Positions 37,788 through 46,817 are shown, counted from the stretch's first letter. The stretch: 64,000 nucleotides of DNA from Candidatus Latescibacterota bacterium (GCA_965248435.1 OZ252100.1:2304001-2368000), one strand, 5' to 3'. Made by a program: numbers and translations. Notes: generated by a model from the letters alone, not told the origin.

Positions 37788-38783
37788 CTAATAGGCCCAC
37801 CTCAGAAGGGCGCTTCCCCAGGTGAATCCCGCCCCCGCACTCGCCACAAGAACCTGATCCCCCCTGCTTACGCGCCCCCCCTCCACAGCATCGGAAAGCG
37901 CGATCGGAATCGTCCCGCACGTCGTATTCGCGAACCGATCGATGTCGATCAACACCTTGTCCTCCGGCAGGTTCAATTTCCGAATACTCGCATCTATGAT
38001 GCGTTTGTTGGCCTGATGCGGGAGGAACAACGCAATGTCTTCACCCGTAAGCCCGTTTCGTTCAAGGAGGTCTGCGGATACCGAGGCCATGCTATTCGTA
38101 GCAAACTTGAACACTTCGCGCCCATCCTGACGCACGTAATGCATCCTTTTGTCTACCGTTTCGTGGCTGGCCGGATGAAGGCTGCCTCCTCCTGGCTGAG
38201 AGAGGTACTTCCCACCCGAGCCGTCGACCTTGAAGATGAAGTCTTGTATACCCTCGCCGTCCTCTCCGGGTTCCAGGAGTACGGCACCTGCGCCATCCCC
38301 GAAAAGCACGCACGTGGACCTGTCTGTGTAGTCGACAATGCTGCTCATCTTATCGGCGCCAATCACGACCACTCGCTTGTGTGCACCCGATTCGACAAAC
38401 TGACAGCCCACGATGAGCGCGTAGAGAAACCCGCTGCAGGCGGCGGACAGGTCGAACCCCCATGCATTCTTCGCCCCGACGTTTTCCTGAACAAGGCACG
38501 CCGTTGCGGGGAACATCATGTCGGGCGTTACGGTAGCGACGATGATCAGGTCAACATCTTTTGCATCCAAACCCTTCTGCTCGAGCAGGTTTTCCAGGGC
38601 CCGCGTCGCAAGGAAGGAGGTTCCCAAACCGTCATCAAGGATCCGTCGCTCCCGAATACCGGTTCGAGACTGGATCCATTCGTCCGTCGTATCTACCATC
38701 TTTTCCAGATCGGCATTCGTCAATTTGCGGTCTGGGAGGTAGCGGGAAACGCCGGTTATTGAAGCGCGGAAACGCACACCCAT
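37788..38783 (-). CDS. fabH: beta-ketoacyl-ACP synthase III
   Basis: AACSGF, LFGDGAGA, PHQANKRI and GAGFTWG motifs. Confidence 0.96.
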   Translation of the reverse strand: MGVRFRASITGVSRYLPDRKLTNADLEKMVDTTDEWIQSRTGIRERRILDDGLGTSFLATRALENLLEQKGLDAKDVDLIIVATVTPDMMFPATACLVQENVGAKNAWGFDLSAACSGFLYALIVGCQFVESGAHKRVVVIGADKMSSIVDYTDRSTCVLFGDGAGAVLLEPGEDGEGIQDFIFKVDGSGGKYLSQPGGGSLHPASHETVDKRMHYVRQDGREVFKFATNSMASVSADLLERNGLTGEDIALFLPHQANKRIIDASIRKLNLPEDKVLIDIDRFANTTCGTIPIALSDAVEGGRVSRGDQVLVASAGAGFTWGSALLRWAY

Positions 38784-38802
38784 CTCGTCAGGACCTCATC
38801 GC

Positions 38803-38985
38803 TTAAACACCTTCGCCCTCGATGACTTCCTGACCTTTGTAATGACCGCAGCTGGGACAAACCCGGTGGGGCTGCCGCTGCTGACCACAGTTCGGACAAT
38901 CTGAGAACGTCGGCACCTGAAGCTTCCAGTGCGACCGTCGCTTGCCTGTCCTCGAATTGGAGCTTCTGCGCTTTGGATGTGCCAT
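38803..38985 (-). CDS. rpmF: 50S ribosomal protein L32
   Basis: MAHPKRR...CPNCG...HRVCPSCGHY. Confidence 0.96.
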   Translation of the reverse strand: MAHPKRRSSNSRTGKRRSHWKLQVPTFSDCPNCGQQRQPHRVCPSCGHYKGQEVIEGEGV

Positions 38986-38999
38986 TCAAAACCCCTTTT

Positions 39000-39509
39000 C
39001 TATTCGCTCGCCAAGCCCTGCAGCGCTTCCCAGCGCGGATCGGTCTTCTCCTCTTTGCAGTCGCAGCGACCCAGGTTAAAATTCTGACCGCACGACGGAC
39101 ATAGTCCCGCGCACGACTCCCGGCAGACGGGATTCATAGGAATTTCGAGAAGGATGTAATCCTTCACTTGCTCCCCAATATCGATCTTTCCCATCGCGTC
39201 ATCCAGCCAAATGATCGCCTCGTCTTCATCCCCTTCCATGGTTCTCGGGCGACCCTTCTGGAGGATGAACTTGAATCCACCTGTCATCCGCTTGGTAAAA
39301 GGCTCAAGGCACCTTGCGCACGACATCCCGAGCTCGAATTCCGTCTCCCCGGAGACCGTGAGGGACTCCCCCATCTTGAAAACGGTCATGTGAGTTTGAA
39401 TCGGCTTTGAGAAGTCGAACTCCTCATTCTCGATATGGAGCTCTTCCGGCGTCTCTGACCATTCGGACTCGTTGAGACCTTCCTCGAGTGCGTTCAAATC
39501 GACTTCCAT
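39000..39509 (-). CDS. yceD: YceD/DUF177 family protein
   Basis: CARCL and CRESCAGLCPSCG...DPRWEAL motifs; immediately upstream of rpmF; start MEVDLN. Confidence 0.9.
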   Translation of the reverse strand: MEVDLNALEEGLNESEWSETPEELHIENEEFDFSKPIQTHMTVFKMGESLTVSGETEFELGMSCARCLEPFTKRMTGGFKFILQKGRPRTMEGDEDEAIIWLDDAMGKIDIGEQVKDYILLEIPMNPVCRESCAGLCPSCGQNFNLGRCDCKEEKTDPRWEALQGLASE

Positions 39510-39519
39510 ACCACACTCC

Positions 39520-39957
39520 CTAAGAAGAAACAGCGCCTTCTCCGAAAAAGAACGTAATCTCTTGTGCCCCGTTTTCGGGTGAATCGGACGCGTGCACCGC
39601 ATTCTCCTGAACGTTGCTGCCAAATGCCTTTCGGATCGTTCCCTCCGCTGCCCGAGTCGGATCCGTTGCCCCGACGACCTCCCTGAGGGTGGATACGGCA
39701 TCCTCACGCTCGAGCACTGTTGGGACAGAAGGACCTGAAGTCATGAAATCGATCAAGTCGGGATAGAACGGGCGCTCCCGGTGCACGGCATAAAATTCCG
39801 CCGCCTGTGCACGCGTCAGGGTCATCATTTCCGTCCGAACGATCCTGAATCCCTTTTCTTCAACGAACTTGAGGATCTCCCCGACAATGTTTCGAGCCAC
39901 TGCATCCGGTTTGACGATCAACAGTGTTCTGGCTGCCACAATGATTCCAGTGGACAC
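39520..39957 (-). CDS. ndk: nucleoside diphosphate kinase
   Basis: TLLIVKPDA, FMTSGP, GTIR and NAVHASDS motifs. Confidence 0.96.
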   Translation of the reverse strand: MSTGIIVAARTLLIVKPDAVARNIVGEILKFVEEKGFRIVRTEMMTLTRAQAAEFYAVHRERPFYPDLIDFMTSGPSVPTVLEREDAVSTLREVVGATDPTRAAEGTIRKAFGSNVQENAVHASDSPENGAQEITFFFGEGAVSS

Positions 39958-40034
39958 GAGTTGCAGGTAGGGAAAGCGCCCTGTAAGAGGCGTCTCGAGA
40001 TTCGAAAATATGACCTATCACCCTGAAGATGAAG

Positions 40035-40063
40035 AAGATAGGATTTCACTATGAGTTTGTCAA
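40035..40063 (-). promoter_or_regulatory. putative sigma70 promoter for the ndk-fab run
   Basis: Minus-strand TTGACA-N17-TATCTT. Confidence 0.55.
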
Positions 40064-40090
40064 CACCAATTTTCGGTTCAAAGAATTAGT

Positions 40091-40119
40091 TTGACATGGA
40101 GATAAACCCCCCGTTTAAT
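40091..40119 (+). promoter_or_regulatory. putative sigma70 promoter for the FAR-acyltransferase-AGPS-SDR operon
   Basis: TTGACA-N17-TTTAAT, close to consensus. Confidence 0.65.
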
Positions 40120-40352
40120 TATATTTCGCCCGATGATCATTCAGGAGCCAAATGCCACGGGCAGGTAAGAGGATCCAGCTTCCGTCACCCTGCTCCACGA
40201 TGACGGACGACCCTAAGCCGCTGGCCGCCAGTGCGGGATGCCCTCAACATCTCCGCATCCGTCCCACCGACTTCGCCAAACCGCTCGAAGTCTCCAAAGA
40301 GAACCCTCTCGGCCAACCTGAACCCCTGAGGCAATAAAGATCTGATCCCACT

Positions 40353-41966
40353 ATGAGCTCGATCTCGCCTGCAATTAACGGAAAAGTCTTCTTCGTGACC
40401 GGGGCCACCGGTTTTGTGGCAAAGGGGCTGGTCGAAAAGCTCCTTCGCGACGTCCCCGGCGTGAGGCGACTCTACCTCCTGATTCGATCGGGAAAGCACG
40501 GTTCTGCGGAGCAGCGACTGGACCGTGAGGTGATCAACTCCAACGTATTTTCCGAGCTGAGGAAACGGCTGGGCCCGAAATTTGAAGAGACGGTTCGACC
40601 GAAACTGGTCGCCGTCGCGGGCGATCTATCCAAGGACCGGATGGGGCTGACCCCAGACGACTACTCCAAACTGCTGCAAGAAGTAGACATCGTCATCAAT
40701 TGCGCAGCGACGGTTGTCTTCGATGAGCGCCTGGACCACGCACTCGAGCTGAATACCCTTGGGCCCCGCCGCATCCTGGAATTCACGAAATCCTGCCGGG
40801 ATGCGATTCTCGTTCACGTATCCACGGCCTATGTCAATAGTCAGCAGACAGGTCACATCCCGGAGAGACTGCTCCCTCCCGGTCAGAAGATCCAAAGAAT
40901 CTTGGGGGACGGGCATTCTCCGGACTTCGATTTGGAGACAGAGATCGAATCGATCCGGCAATTCCGCGATGAGGTCATGTCAGACTCAGAACAACCCGAT
41001 CTCGAAGGCCAATTTCTTCGAACCCTCCAGCAACAGGACAGAGGCAAACGGGTGACCAAGTATCGACGAACGCATCAACTCGATGCCTTGCGCAAACGCT
41101 GGATAACACAAAGACTCGTGAAAGAAGGAATGTCGCGCGCTCGTAGGCTGGGATGGAATGATACCTATACCTTTACGAAGTCCATGGGCGAACAGATCAT
41201 CGCGAAATACCGCGGCAGTCTCCCGACCGCCATCGTGAGGCCTTCGATCATCGAGAGCAGCCTCTGCGACCCGGAGCCTGGGTGGTTGGATGGGTTGAAG
41301 GTTGCCGATCCCCTCTTCGTGCATTACGGTAAGGGCCGACTGGACCACTTTCCCGCGAATCCGGACATCGTGCTCGACGTCGTACCCGTCGACATCGTGA
41401 CAAACGCAATCATCGCTATCCTGCCTCAGGTTAGAAAGCAAAAGGACATGCAGGTCTATCAGGTCGCGACGAGTTCCGTCAATCCGTTGAAGCTTCGAGA
41501 CCTCGCAGACTGGGTCTACGAATACTTTAGGAAGAGCCCGCTGCAGGACAGGGACGGGAACCCAATTCAGGTGCACAAGTGGCGGTTTCCGAGCCACAAG
41601 GAATTTCGGCGGCAGGTTCGCCTGAAATACCAGGTCCCCCTCACCACGATGCTGTGGCTGACGAACCACGTGCCGATCTTCCCGTCCAGCATGAAACGAA
41701 AGGTTTCAATTTTTGAGGCCACGTTCCAACGTCTCCTTTCACTCATCGAAATCTATGGTCCCTACACCACGCTCGATTGCCGATTCGAAACGGAAAACAT
41801 CCGGCGCCTCTACCAAAAGCTGGACCCGGAAGATCGAAAGGTCTTCAACTTCGACGTCTCGAGCATCCGATGGCGAGAGTATGTGCAGGATATACACCTC
41901 CCGGGACTGAAGCGCCACATACTGAAGGACGGTTCGGAGCAGGAACATGTGGAGCATAGTGCATAA
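40353..41966 (+). CDS. alcohol-forming fatty acyl-CoA/ACP reductase (FAR; NAD-binding-4 plus sterile domain)
   Basis: TGATGFVAK, NCAATVVFDE, HVSTAYVN, YTFTK, IVRPSIIES..PEPGW, DVVPVD and a C-terminal FNFDVSSIRW...HLPGL. Confidence 0.93.
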   Translation: MSSISPAINGKVFFVTGATGFVAKGLVEKLLRDVPGVRRLYLLIRSGKHGSAEQRLDREVINSNVFSELRKRLGPKFEETVRPKLVAVAGDLSKDRMGLTPDDYSKLLQEVDIVINCAATVVFDERLDHALELNTLGPRRILEFTKSCRDAILVHVSTAYVNSQQTGHIPERLLPPGQKIQRILGDGHSPDFDLETEIESIRQFRDEVMSDSEQPDLEGQFLRTLQQQDRGKRVTKYRRTHQLDALRKRWITQRLVKEGMSRARRLGWNDTYTFTKSMGEQIIAKYRGSLPTAIVRPSIIESSLCDPEPGWLDGLKVADPLFVHYGKGRLDHFPANPDIVLDVVPVDIVTNAIIAILPQVRKQKDMQVYQVATSSVNPLKLRDLADWVYEYFRKSPLQDRDGNPIQVHKWRFPSHKEFRRQVRLKYQVPLTTMLWLTNHVPIFPSSMKRKVSIFEATFQRLLSLIEIYGPYTTLDCRFETENIRRLYQKLDPEDRKVFNFDVSSIRWREYVQDIHLPGLKRHILKDGSEQEHVEHSA

Positions 41967-43936
41967 TGGACGCACGCTATACCGGTTCAACGCCCATTCT
42001 CGAGCTTCACGTCAACCAGCTGCTCGAGAATCCAGAGCGCATGCTGGATCTCTATGACCGGTCCGCCCGGGAACTGATCGAGGTCGGACGTCTGGAAGGG
42101 TATTTCGAAGGTTGGGATCTTGGCCGCCTGAAATGGCCGTCCAGTCGGCGGGATACCGGGCCTGCAGACATCTCCGAACTTCAGAAGCGTGCAGAGCTTG
42201 TAAATAAAATCTTTCTCGGCGTACCGAAGCTCAGAGGTGAGCGGCTTTCGGATGCCTACTCGCCCTTCAATCGTCTAACCCCTGCTTATCACGAGGGGAA
42301 CCGTCTCTACCTCCAGCTCAAACACGACTTCCTTGCTCGAGGCGCCGGCAACGAGCAGAATTATCTCCAGCTCTACCAGGCGGTCTATGTGGAGGCCCTG
42401 GCTAAGGGAGGCGACCTGTTTTCTCCAGACGCGGGTGAGGCGGCGCTGTCCGAGGCCAGGATCTTTCGCGCACCCCTTTCCCACGCGCAGCCTGTAGCAG
42501 AGGACCTGCCAACCGCAGTGTTGGACGAAGATCCGAGGTGGGAAGAGACCTATTCCTGTAAACTGGATGGCCATCCGATCGAGGCCTCGTTGAGGGATCT
42601 GCTGAAGAAGGTGGCGGAAAGGGCCCTCGACTACGTCAACGCCGGCGGGTTGCTCGCCACCCACTTCAACACCTACAACAACCTCGGCTGGTTTGGCAGT
42701 TCAATCTGGAAAGTGATCGTGGATGTGGACCTTTCTCGTCATCAGATTCAGATCCAACGACCCGGTTCGAATCCCCACGACCTCGCCCATATCCGGAACG
42801 ACATTCATCTCGGTATCGCGATGCTCGTGGAGTTCCTGCAGGCTCATCGCGAAGACCCGGCCAGGCTGAAACCTGAAAAATACTGGTATGGCCAGGACTA
42901 CAGCTATCTCACTCGAGATATGCTGGATCTAGCCCAGCGGCTGATTCATGGGATGAACGAGCAAATCGATGGCAAGGAAAAACTCCAACTTCCACCTCTC
43001 CTGGCGGGCAGTCCCAGCGGGCGGTTTCTCGAATATCCTCACGTAGGCAGGCAGGCTCAGCCTTCACCCTGGAATCGAACCCTCAAGCTCTTGCGATGGG
43101 CGGGGGTCTCCTGGAAAGTGGGCAGACGTCGTGCGAGGCTGGCCAAATCGCAATTGAGCGAGGACCTGCGTTGGCCGCGTGCCTGGCAGGAATGGGTCGC
43201 CTGGTCCGATGCCACGCTTCGCATTTTCGGCATCCAGGTCAAAGTGAGTCTGGATCCGAGCTTTCATTCTGTCGCCAAAGACCTCGACCTGACCCGCGGA
43301 AAGCAGAAGGTGCTCTTTCTACCCACGCACCAATCTCTCCTCGACCACCCCATTATGTATCGGGTCCTGACCTCCCCGGAGCTGATGTCGGCGATGGGTT
43401 GGCGAGAGCCGGTGTCCTGCGCCTTCCTCGCGCGAACGGGGCTCTCCAAGGCTGGAGTGCGGATCGGCAGGTTCGATATGACCATGTTCGGCGTCTCGTC
43501 GGAGAAGTTTGACCGCATGTTCGAGGAACTGGACGGATACGTGACGCGCGAGCGTCTGGAGGGAACCGGTCCCACGGCCCTCAGGCTGGTGGAGGCCTTG
43601 AAGAAACGCCCTGGCGTCATCTATCCCATGGCGACCGTCGGCGCTTTCGATGTCCAGCTCTTTCCGCTACAGCACGCGATGTTCGCCCAACTGCCGCAGG
43701 ATGTAATCATCATTCCCATCGCCTTTCGGGGTGCACACGCGCTCTGGCCCAAGTGTCCTAAGGGAAACCTCCAGATCAATCCGGGCCTCGTCGAAGCCGT
43801 GGTTGCACCCCCGATGCTCGGAGAAACCACGCTGCTGCCCAAGCGCAGATCGCTGCGCATTCAGCTTGAGGCGGCGACACTCTTTCAGGCAGTGCACATT
43901 ACTTCCTTGTTGAATCCTGAACCATCTGCAGACTAG
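41966..43936 (+). CDS. glycerolipid acyltransferase-family protein with a large N-terminal domain of unknown function (candidate DHAP acyltransferase)
   Basis: C-terminal LFLPTHQSLLDH (HxxxxD block I), FLAR, IYPMAT and VIIIPIAF. Translationally coupled to FAR (TAATG). Confidence 0.7.
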   Translation: MDARYTGSTPILELHVNQLLENPERMLDLYDRSARELIEVGRLEGYFEGWDLGRLKWPSSRRDTGPADISELQKRAELVNKIFLGVPKLRGERLSDAYSPFNRLTPAYHEGNRLYLQLKHDFLARGAGNEQNYLQLYQAVYVEALAKGGDLFSPDAGEAALSEARIFRAPLSHAQPVAEDLPTAVLDEDPRWEETYSCKLDGHPIEASLRDLLKKVAERALDYVNAGGLLATHFNTYNNLGWFGSSIWKVIVDVDLSRHQIQIQRPGSNPHDLAHIRNDIHLGIAMLVEFLQAHREDPARLKPEKYWYGQDYSYLTRDMLDLAQRLIHGMNEQIDGKEKLQLPPLLAGSPSGRFLEYPHVGRQAQPSPWNRTLKLLRWAGVSWKVGRRRARLAKSQLSEDLRWPRAWQEWVAWSDATLRIFGIQVKVSLDPSFHSVAKDLDLTRGKQKVLFLPTHQSLLDHPIMYRVLTSPELMSAMGWREPVSCAFLARTGLSKAGVRIGRFDMTMFGVSSEKFDRMFEELDGYVTRERLEGTGPTALRLVEALKKRPGVIYPMATVGAFDVQLFPLQHAMFAQLPQDVIIIPIAFRGAHALWPKCPKGNLQINPGLVEAVVAPPMLGETTLLPKRRSLRIQLEAATLFQAVHITSLLNPEPSAD

Positions 43937-43948
43937 ATAGGATCTCCT

Positions 43949-45799
43949 GTGTCTACGGCTGATGTCATAACGCTTGCAGGCATCCTGGTCCTGGCCGCTG
44001 CCTTTTTCATCCTCGTAAAGAGGCGGGGTCGCGCTCAGCCTCTGGATGTGTCCTACGACCCGTCCGAAGCGCAGAGGTATCATCACAGATGGGGTTACGT
44101 GGACACCCGATTCGAGTTTGACGGACCCAGGAGCGTAAGGGTCACCGGAAGCAGGTATCCCCTCTCGGGTTTTAGCATGCCTTCCTTTGTCCCCTTCATA
44201 GAGGAAGTCCTGGACGTTCAGATTCGACCAGAAGATCTGAACGTGGAAAATAGACCTCACGAGATTCGGGCCCCGGCTCTGAACGAGGCCTTTATGGCCT
44301 CGATCGAGACCGAATTCAAGGAGGATCAGTACTCCATCGATCCCGGAGACAGGTTAGTCCACAGTCACGGACAACTGAGCGTAGACGAGGTCTATCAGAT
44401 CCTGTATGGAACATCCGTGAAGAGGGTGGTCGACCTGGTCCTCTATCCCGAAAAGGAAGAGGATATAGGCACCATCATCCAGTTGGCAGACGAACAGAGT
44501 GTATGTCTGATGCCTTACGGTGGCGGTACGAACGTAAGCGGCGCGCTGGCTTGCCCTTCTGCAGAAGATCGAATGATCGTATCGGTGGATATGAGAAGGA
44601 TGAGCCGAATCTTGTGGGTCGATGAAGAAAACTTTCAGGCCTGCGTCGAGGCGGGAATCACCGGCAAACAGCTTGAAAAGGAGTTGGACGCGAAGGGATA
44701 TACCTCGGGGCACGATCCGGACAGCATCGAGTTTTCAACGCTGGGTGGATGGATCTCAACGAACGCCAGTGGGATGAAGAAGAACAGATACGGCAACATC
44801 GAAGACATCGTGCTCGAAGCCACGCTGATCACACCCACCGGAAACGTTGAAACCCTGGCCGTGACGCCAAGAAGTTCTATCGGCTCACAGCCCAGGTCTC
44901 TTTTGTTCGGAAGCGAGGGGAATTTCGGAATCATCACCAAGGCCGTCATCAAGATCCACGCGAGACCCAGGGTGCGAAAATACGGCTCACTGGTGTTCCC
45001 GACATTCGAGAGAGGCGTCAGCTTCTTGAAGGAATTGCGCACACAGGGGATATTGCCCGCGAGCATTCGACTCGTCAGCAATAACGAATTCAGATTCGGA
45101 CAGGCGCTCAAACCCGAACCCACCTTTATGAAGGGGATCGTAAACGGACTTCAGCGGTTCTTTCTTCTTCGAATCCTGGGGTTTGATTCGAAAAAGATGG
45201 TTGCATGTACCATCTTGATGGAAGGATCAAGAGCAGAAGTGTCTCAACAGGAACGATCGATTTTCAGCATCGCCAAGAAGCATAAGGGTAAAAGCGGTGG
45301 TGCAGCCAACGGAAAGAGGGGCTACACGCTCACCTTTGGTATCGCCTACATCAGAGACTTCTGTAATGAGTGCCACGTCCTGGGTGAAACGTTTGAGACC
45401 TCCGTCCCGTGGAACAGAATCCACCACGTCTGCCAGGGCGTGGAAAGGGGATTGGTCGAAGAAGCCAAGAAAAGGAACGTTCCGGGGAAACCCTATCTGT
45501 CCTACCGTGTGACTCAGACCTATCACACCGGCGTATGCATCTACTTCACGATGGGTTTCTATGGAAAAGGGATGGAGAAGCCGACGGACGTTTTTCACGA
45601 GATAGAAGGTCGTTTGCGGCAGATCATTCTGGATAACGGGGGTTCTTTGTCTCACCACCACGGCGTCGGCAAGGTTCGACAGCCGTTTTTGTCTCAGGTC
45701 CACTCCGAAAACAGCATCAATGTCCTGCGCCAATCCAAAAAGGCGATGGATCCGAACAACACGTTCGGTATCAGAAACGGCGTGTTTGGTGACACCTGA
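43949..45799 (+). CDS. alkyl-dihydroxyacetonephosphate synthase (AGPS)-like FAD oxidoreductase
   Basis: RLVHSHGQ, PYGGGTNVS, GHDPDSIEFSTLGGW, ASGMKKNRYGNIED, GSEGNFGIIT, GYTLTFGIAYIRD, ETFETSVPW, RVTQTY..GVCIYF and GGSLSHHHGVGK; N-terminal TM helix. Confidence 0.9.
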   Translation: MSTADVITLAGILVLAAAFFILVKRRGRAQPLDVSYDPSEAQRYHHRWGYVDTRFEFDGPRSVRVTGSRYPLSGFSMPSFVPFIEEVLDVQIRPEDLNVENRPHEIRAPALNEAFMASIETEFKEDQYSIDPGDRLVHSHGQLSVDEVYQILYGTSVKRVVDLVLYPEKEEDIGTIIQLADEQSVCLMPYGGGTNVSGALACPSAEDRMIVSVDMRRMSRILWVDEENFQACVEAGITGKQLEKELDAKGYTSGHDPDSIEFSTLGGWISTNASGMKKNRYGNIEDIVLEATLITPTGNVETLAVTPRSSIGSQPRSLLFGSEGNFGIITKAVIKIHARPRVRKYGSLVFPTFERGVSFLKELRTQGILPASIRLVSNNEFRFGQALKPEPTFMKGIVNGLQRFFLLRILGFDSKKMVACTILMEGSRAEVSQQERSIFSIAKKHKGKSGGAANGKRGYTLTFGIAYIRDFCNECHVLGETFETSVPWNRIHHVCQGVERGLVEEAKKRNVPGKPYLSYRVTQTYHTGVCIYFTMGFYGKGMEKPTDVFHEIEGRLRQIILDNGGSLSHHHGVGKVRQPFLSQVHSENSINVLRQSKKAMDPNNTFGIRNGVFGDT

Positions 45800-45901
45800 T
45801 CACAGACGACGGACCGCTGACCCCGAAATGAATAGCCTTTTGATTCTAGCGGTCAGCGGTCTGATTTCCGAGATACGAGATGCGATCTGGACGCTTGACT
45901 C

Positions 45902-46717
45902 TTGACTGATTCCTTCCGCGAAAAGACCGTCATCATTACGGGCGCGTCTTCCGGCCTCGGCGCAACGCTGGCCGAGGAGTTTTCTAAACGTGGCGCTCGC
46001 CTCGTCCTGTTCGCGCGAACCGAACAGAAGCTCAAAGAAACCGCGGATCTTTGCCAGAATTCCGGATCCTCACCCCTGATTGTCACAGGAGATGTGACCG
46101 ACCCCCGGGACTGTGAGAAGCTGATAGAAAAGGCTGTCGCAAACTATGGCGATGTGGATTATTTTGTTGCGAATGCAGGCGTGAGTATGTGGGCCAAGTT
46201 CGAGGACGTGAAGGACATCTCGATATTCGGGAGGATTATGGAAACGAACTACCTGGGTACGGTCCACAGCGTTTACTACGCGCTTCCGTATCTGAAAAAA
46301 AGCAAAGGAATGATTGTCGCCATCTCCTCGATCCAGGGAAAGATCGGGGTCCCGCTTCACACCGGTTATGTCGCATCGAAGCACGCCTTGCAGGGTTTTC
46401 TGGCGTCACTTCGCGCGGAAATAAGCGGGAGCGGCGTCCACGTCCTCACTGTGCTGCCCCATTGGATGAGAGGTACTCATCTCAGAAAAAATGCGCTCGG
46501 CAAAGACGGATTCCCGATCGGTGAATCGAAGAGACACAGCAAAGAGTCGATCTCTCTTCAAGAATGCGCGGCCGCCATCATCAAGGCGATGAATAAGAGA
46601 AAGACGGAGCTGGTCATCCCACCCAAACTCAAACTCCTCCCCTGGTTGAATCTGATCAACCCAAAGATCGTGAACTTTCTCGTAAAGGGAGAGATGGAGC
46701 GCCAGGAGGAGTCCTGA
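45902..46717 (+). CDS. SDR oxidoreductase, DHRS7B-like (candidate acyl/alkyl-DHAP reductase)
   Basis: TGASSGLG, NAGVS, METNYLG, IVAISSIQGK and YVASKHA motifs. Confidence 0.85.
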   Translation: MTDSFREKTVIITGASSGLGATLAEEFSKRGARLVLFARTEQKLKETADLCQNSGSSPLIVTGDVTDPRDCEKLIEKAVANYGDVDYFVANAGVSMWAKFEDVKDISIFGRIMETNYLGTVHSVYYALPYLKKSKGMIVAISSIQGKIGVPLHTGYVASKHALQGFLASLRAEISGSGVHVLTVLPHWMRGTHLRKNALGKDGFPIGESKRHSKESISLQECAAAIIKAMNKRKTELVIPPKLKLLPWLNLINPKIVNFLVKGEMERQEES

Positions 46718-46719
46718 AA

Positions 46720-46817
46720 CCGTGTACCGGGATAGGTAGATAGGTTACAGAGACCTGACGGTTTGGGGGCGACGCCTGCGTCGCCCCGAGAAATCAAAAC
46801 ACGGGTACCGGGTACCG
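46720..46817 (-). repeat. ~97 bp REP-containing dispersed repeat, copy 2
   Basis: Its reverse complement matches 12579-12675 with a few substitutions. Confidence 0.85.

Noticed and set aside
40353-43936. Interpretation as a simple wax-ester locus
   Set aside because: The acyltransferase lacks the HHxxxDG motif of WS/DGAT, and wax synthesis would not explain the AGPS and SDR genes. Not fully excluded without assays.
43949-45799. Interpretation as D-lactate dehydrogenase/GlcD
   Set aside because: It has SHHHG rather than the GEHG motif, plus AGPS-type segments and a neighbouring FAR gene.
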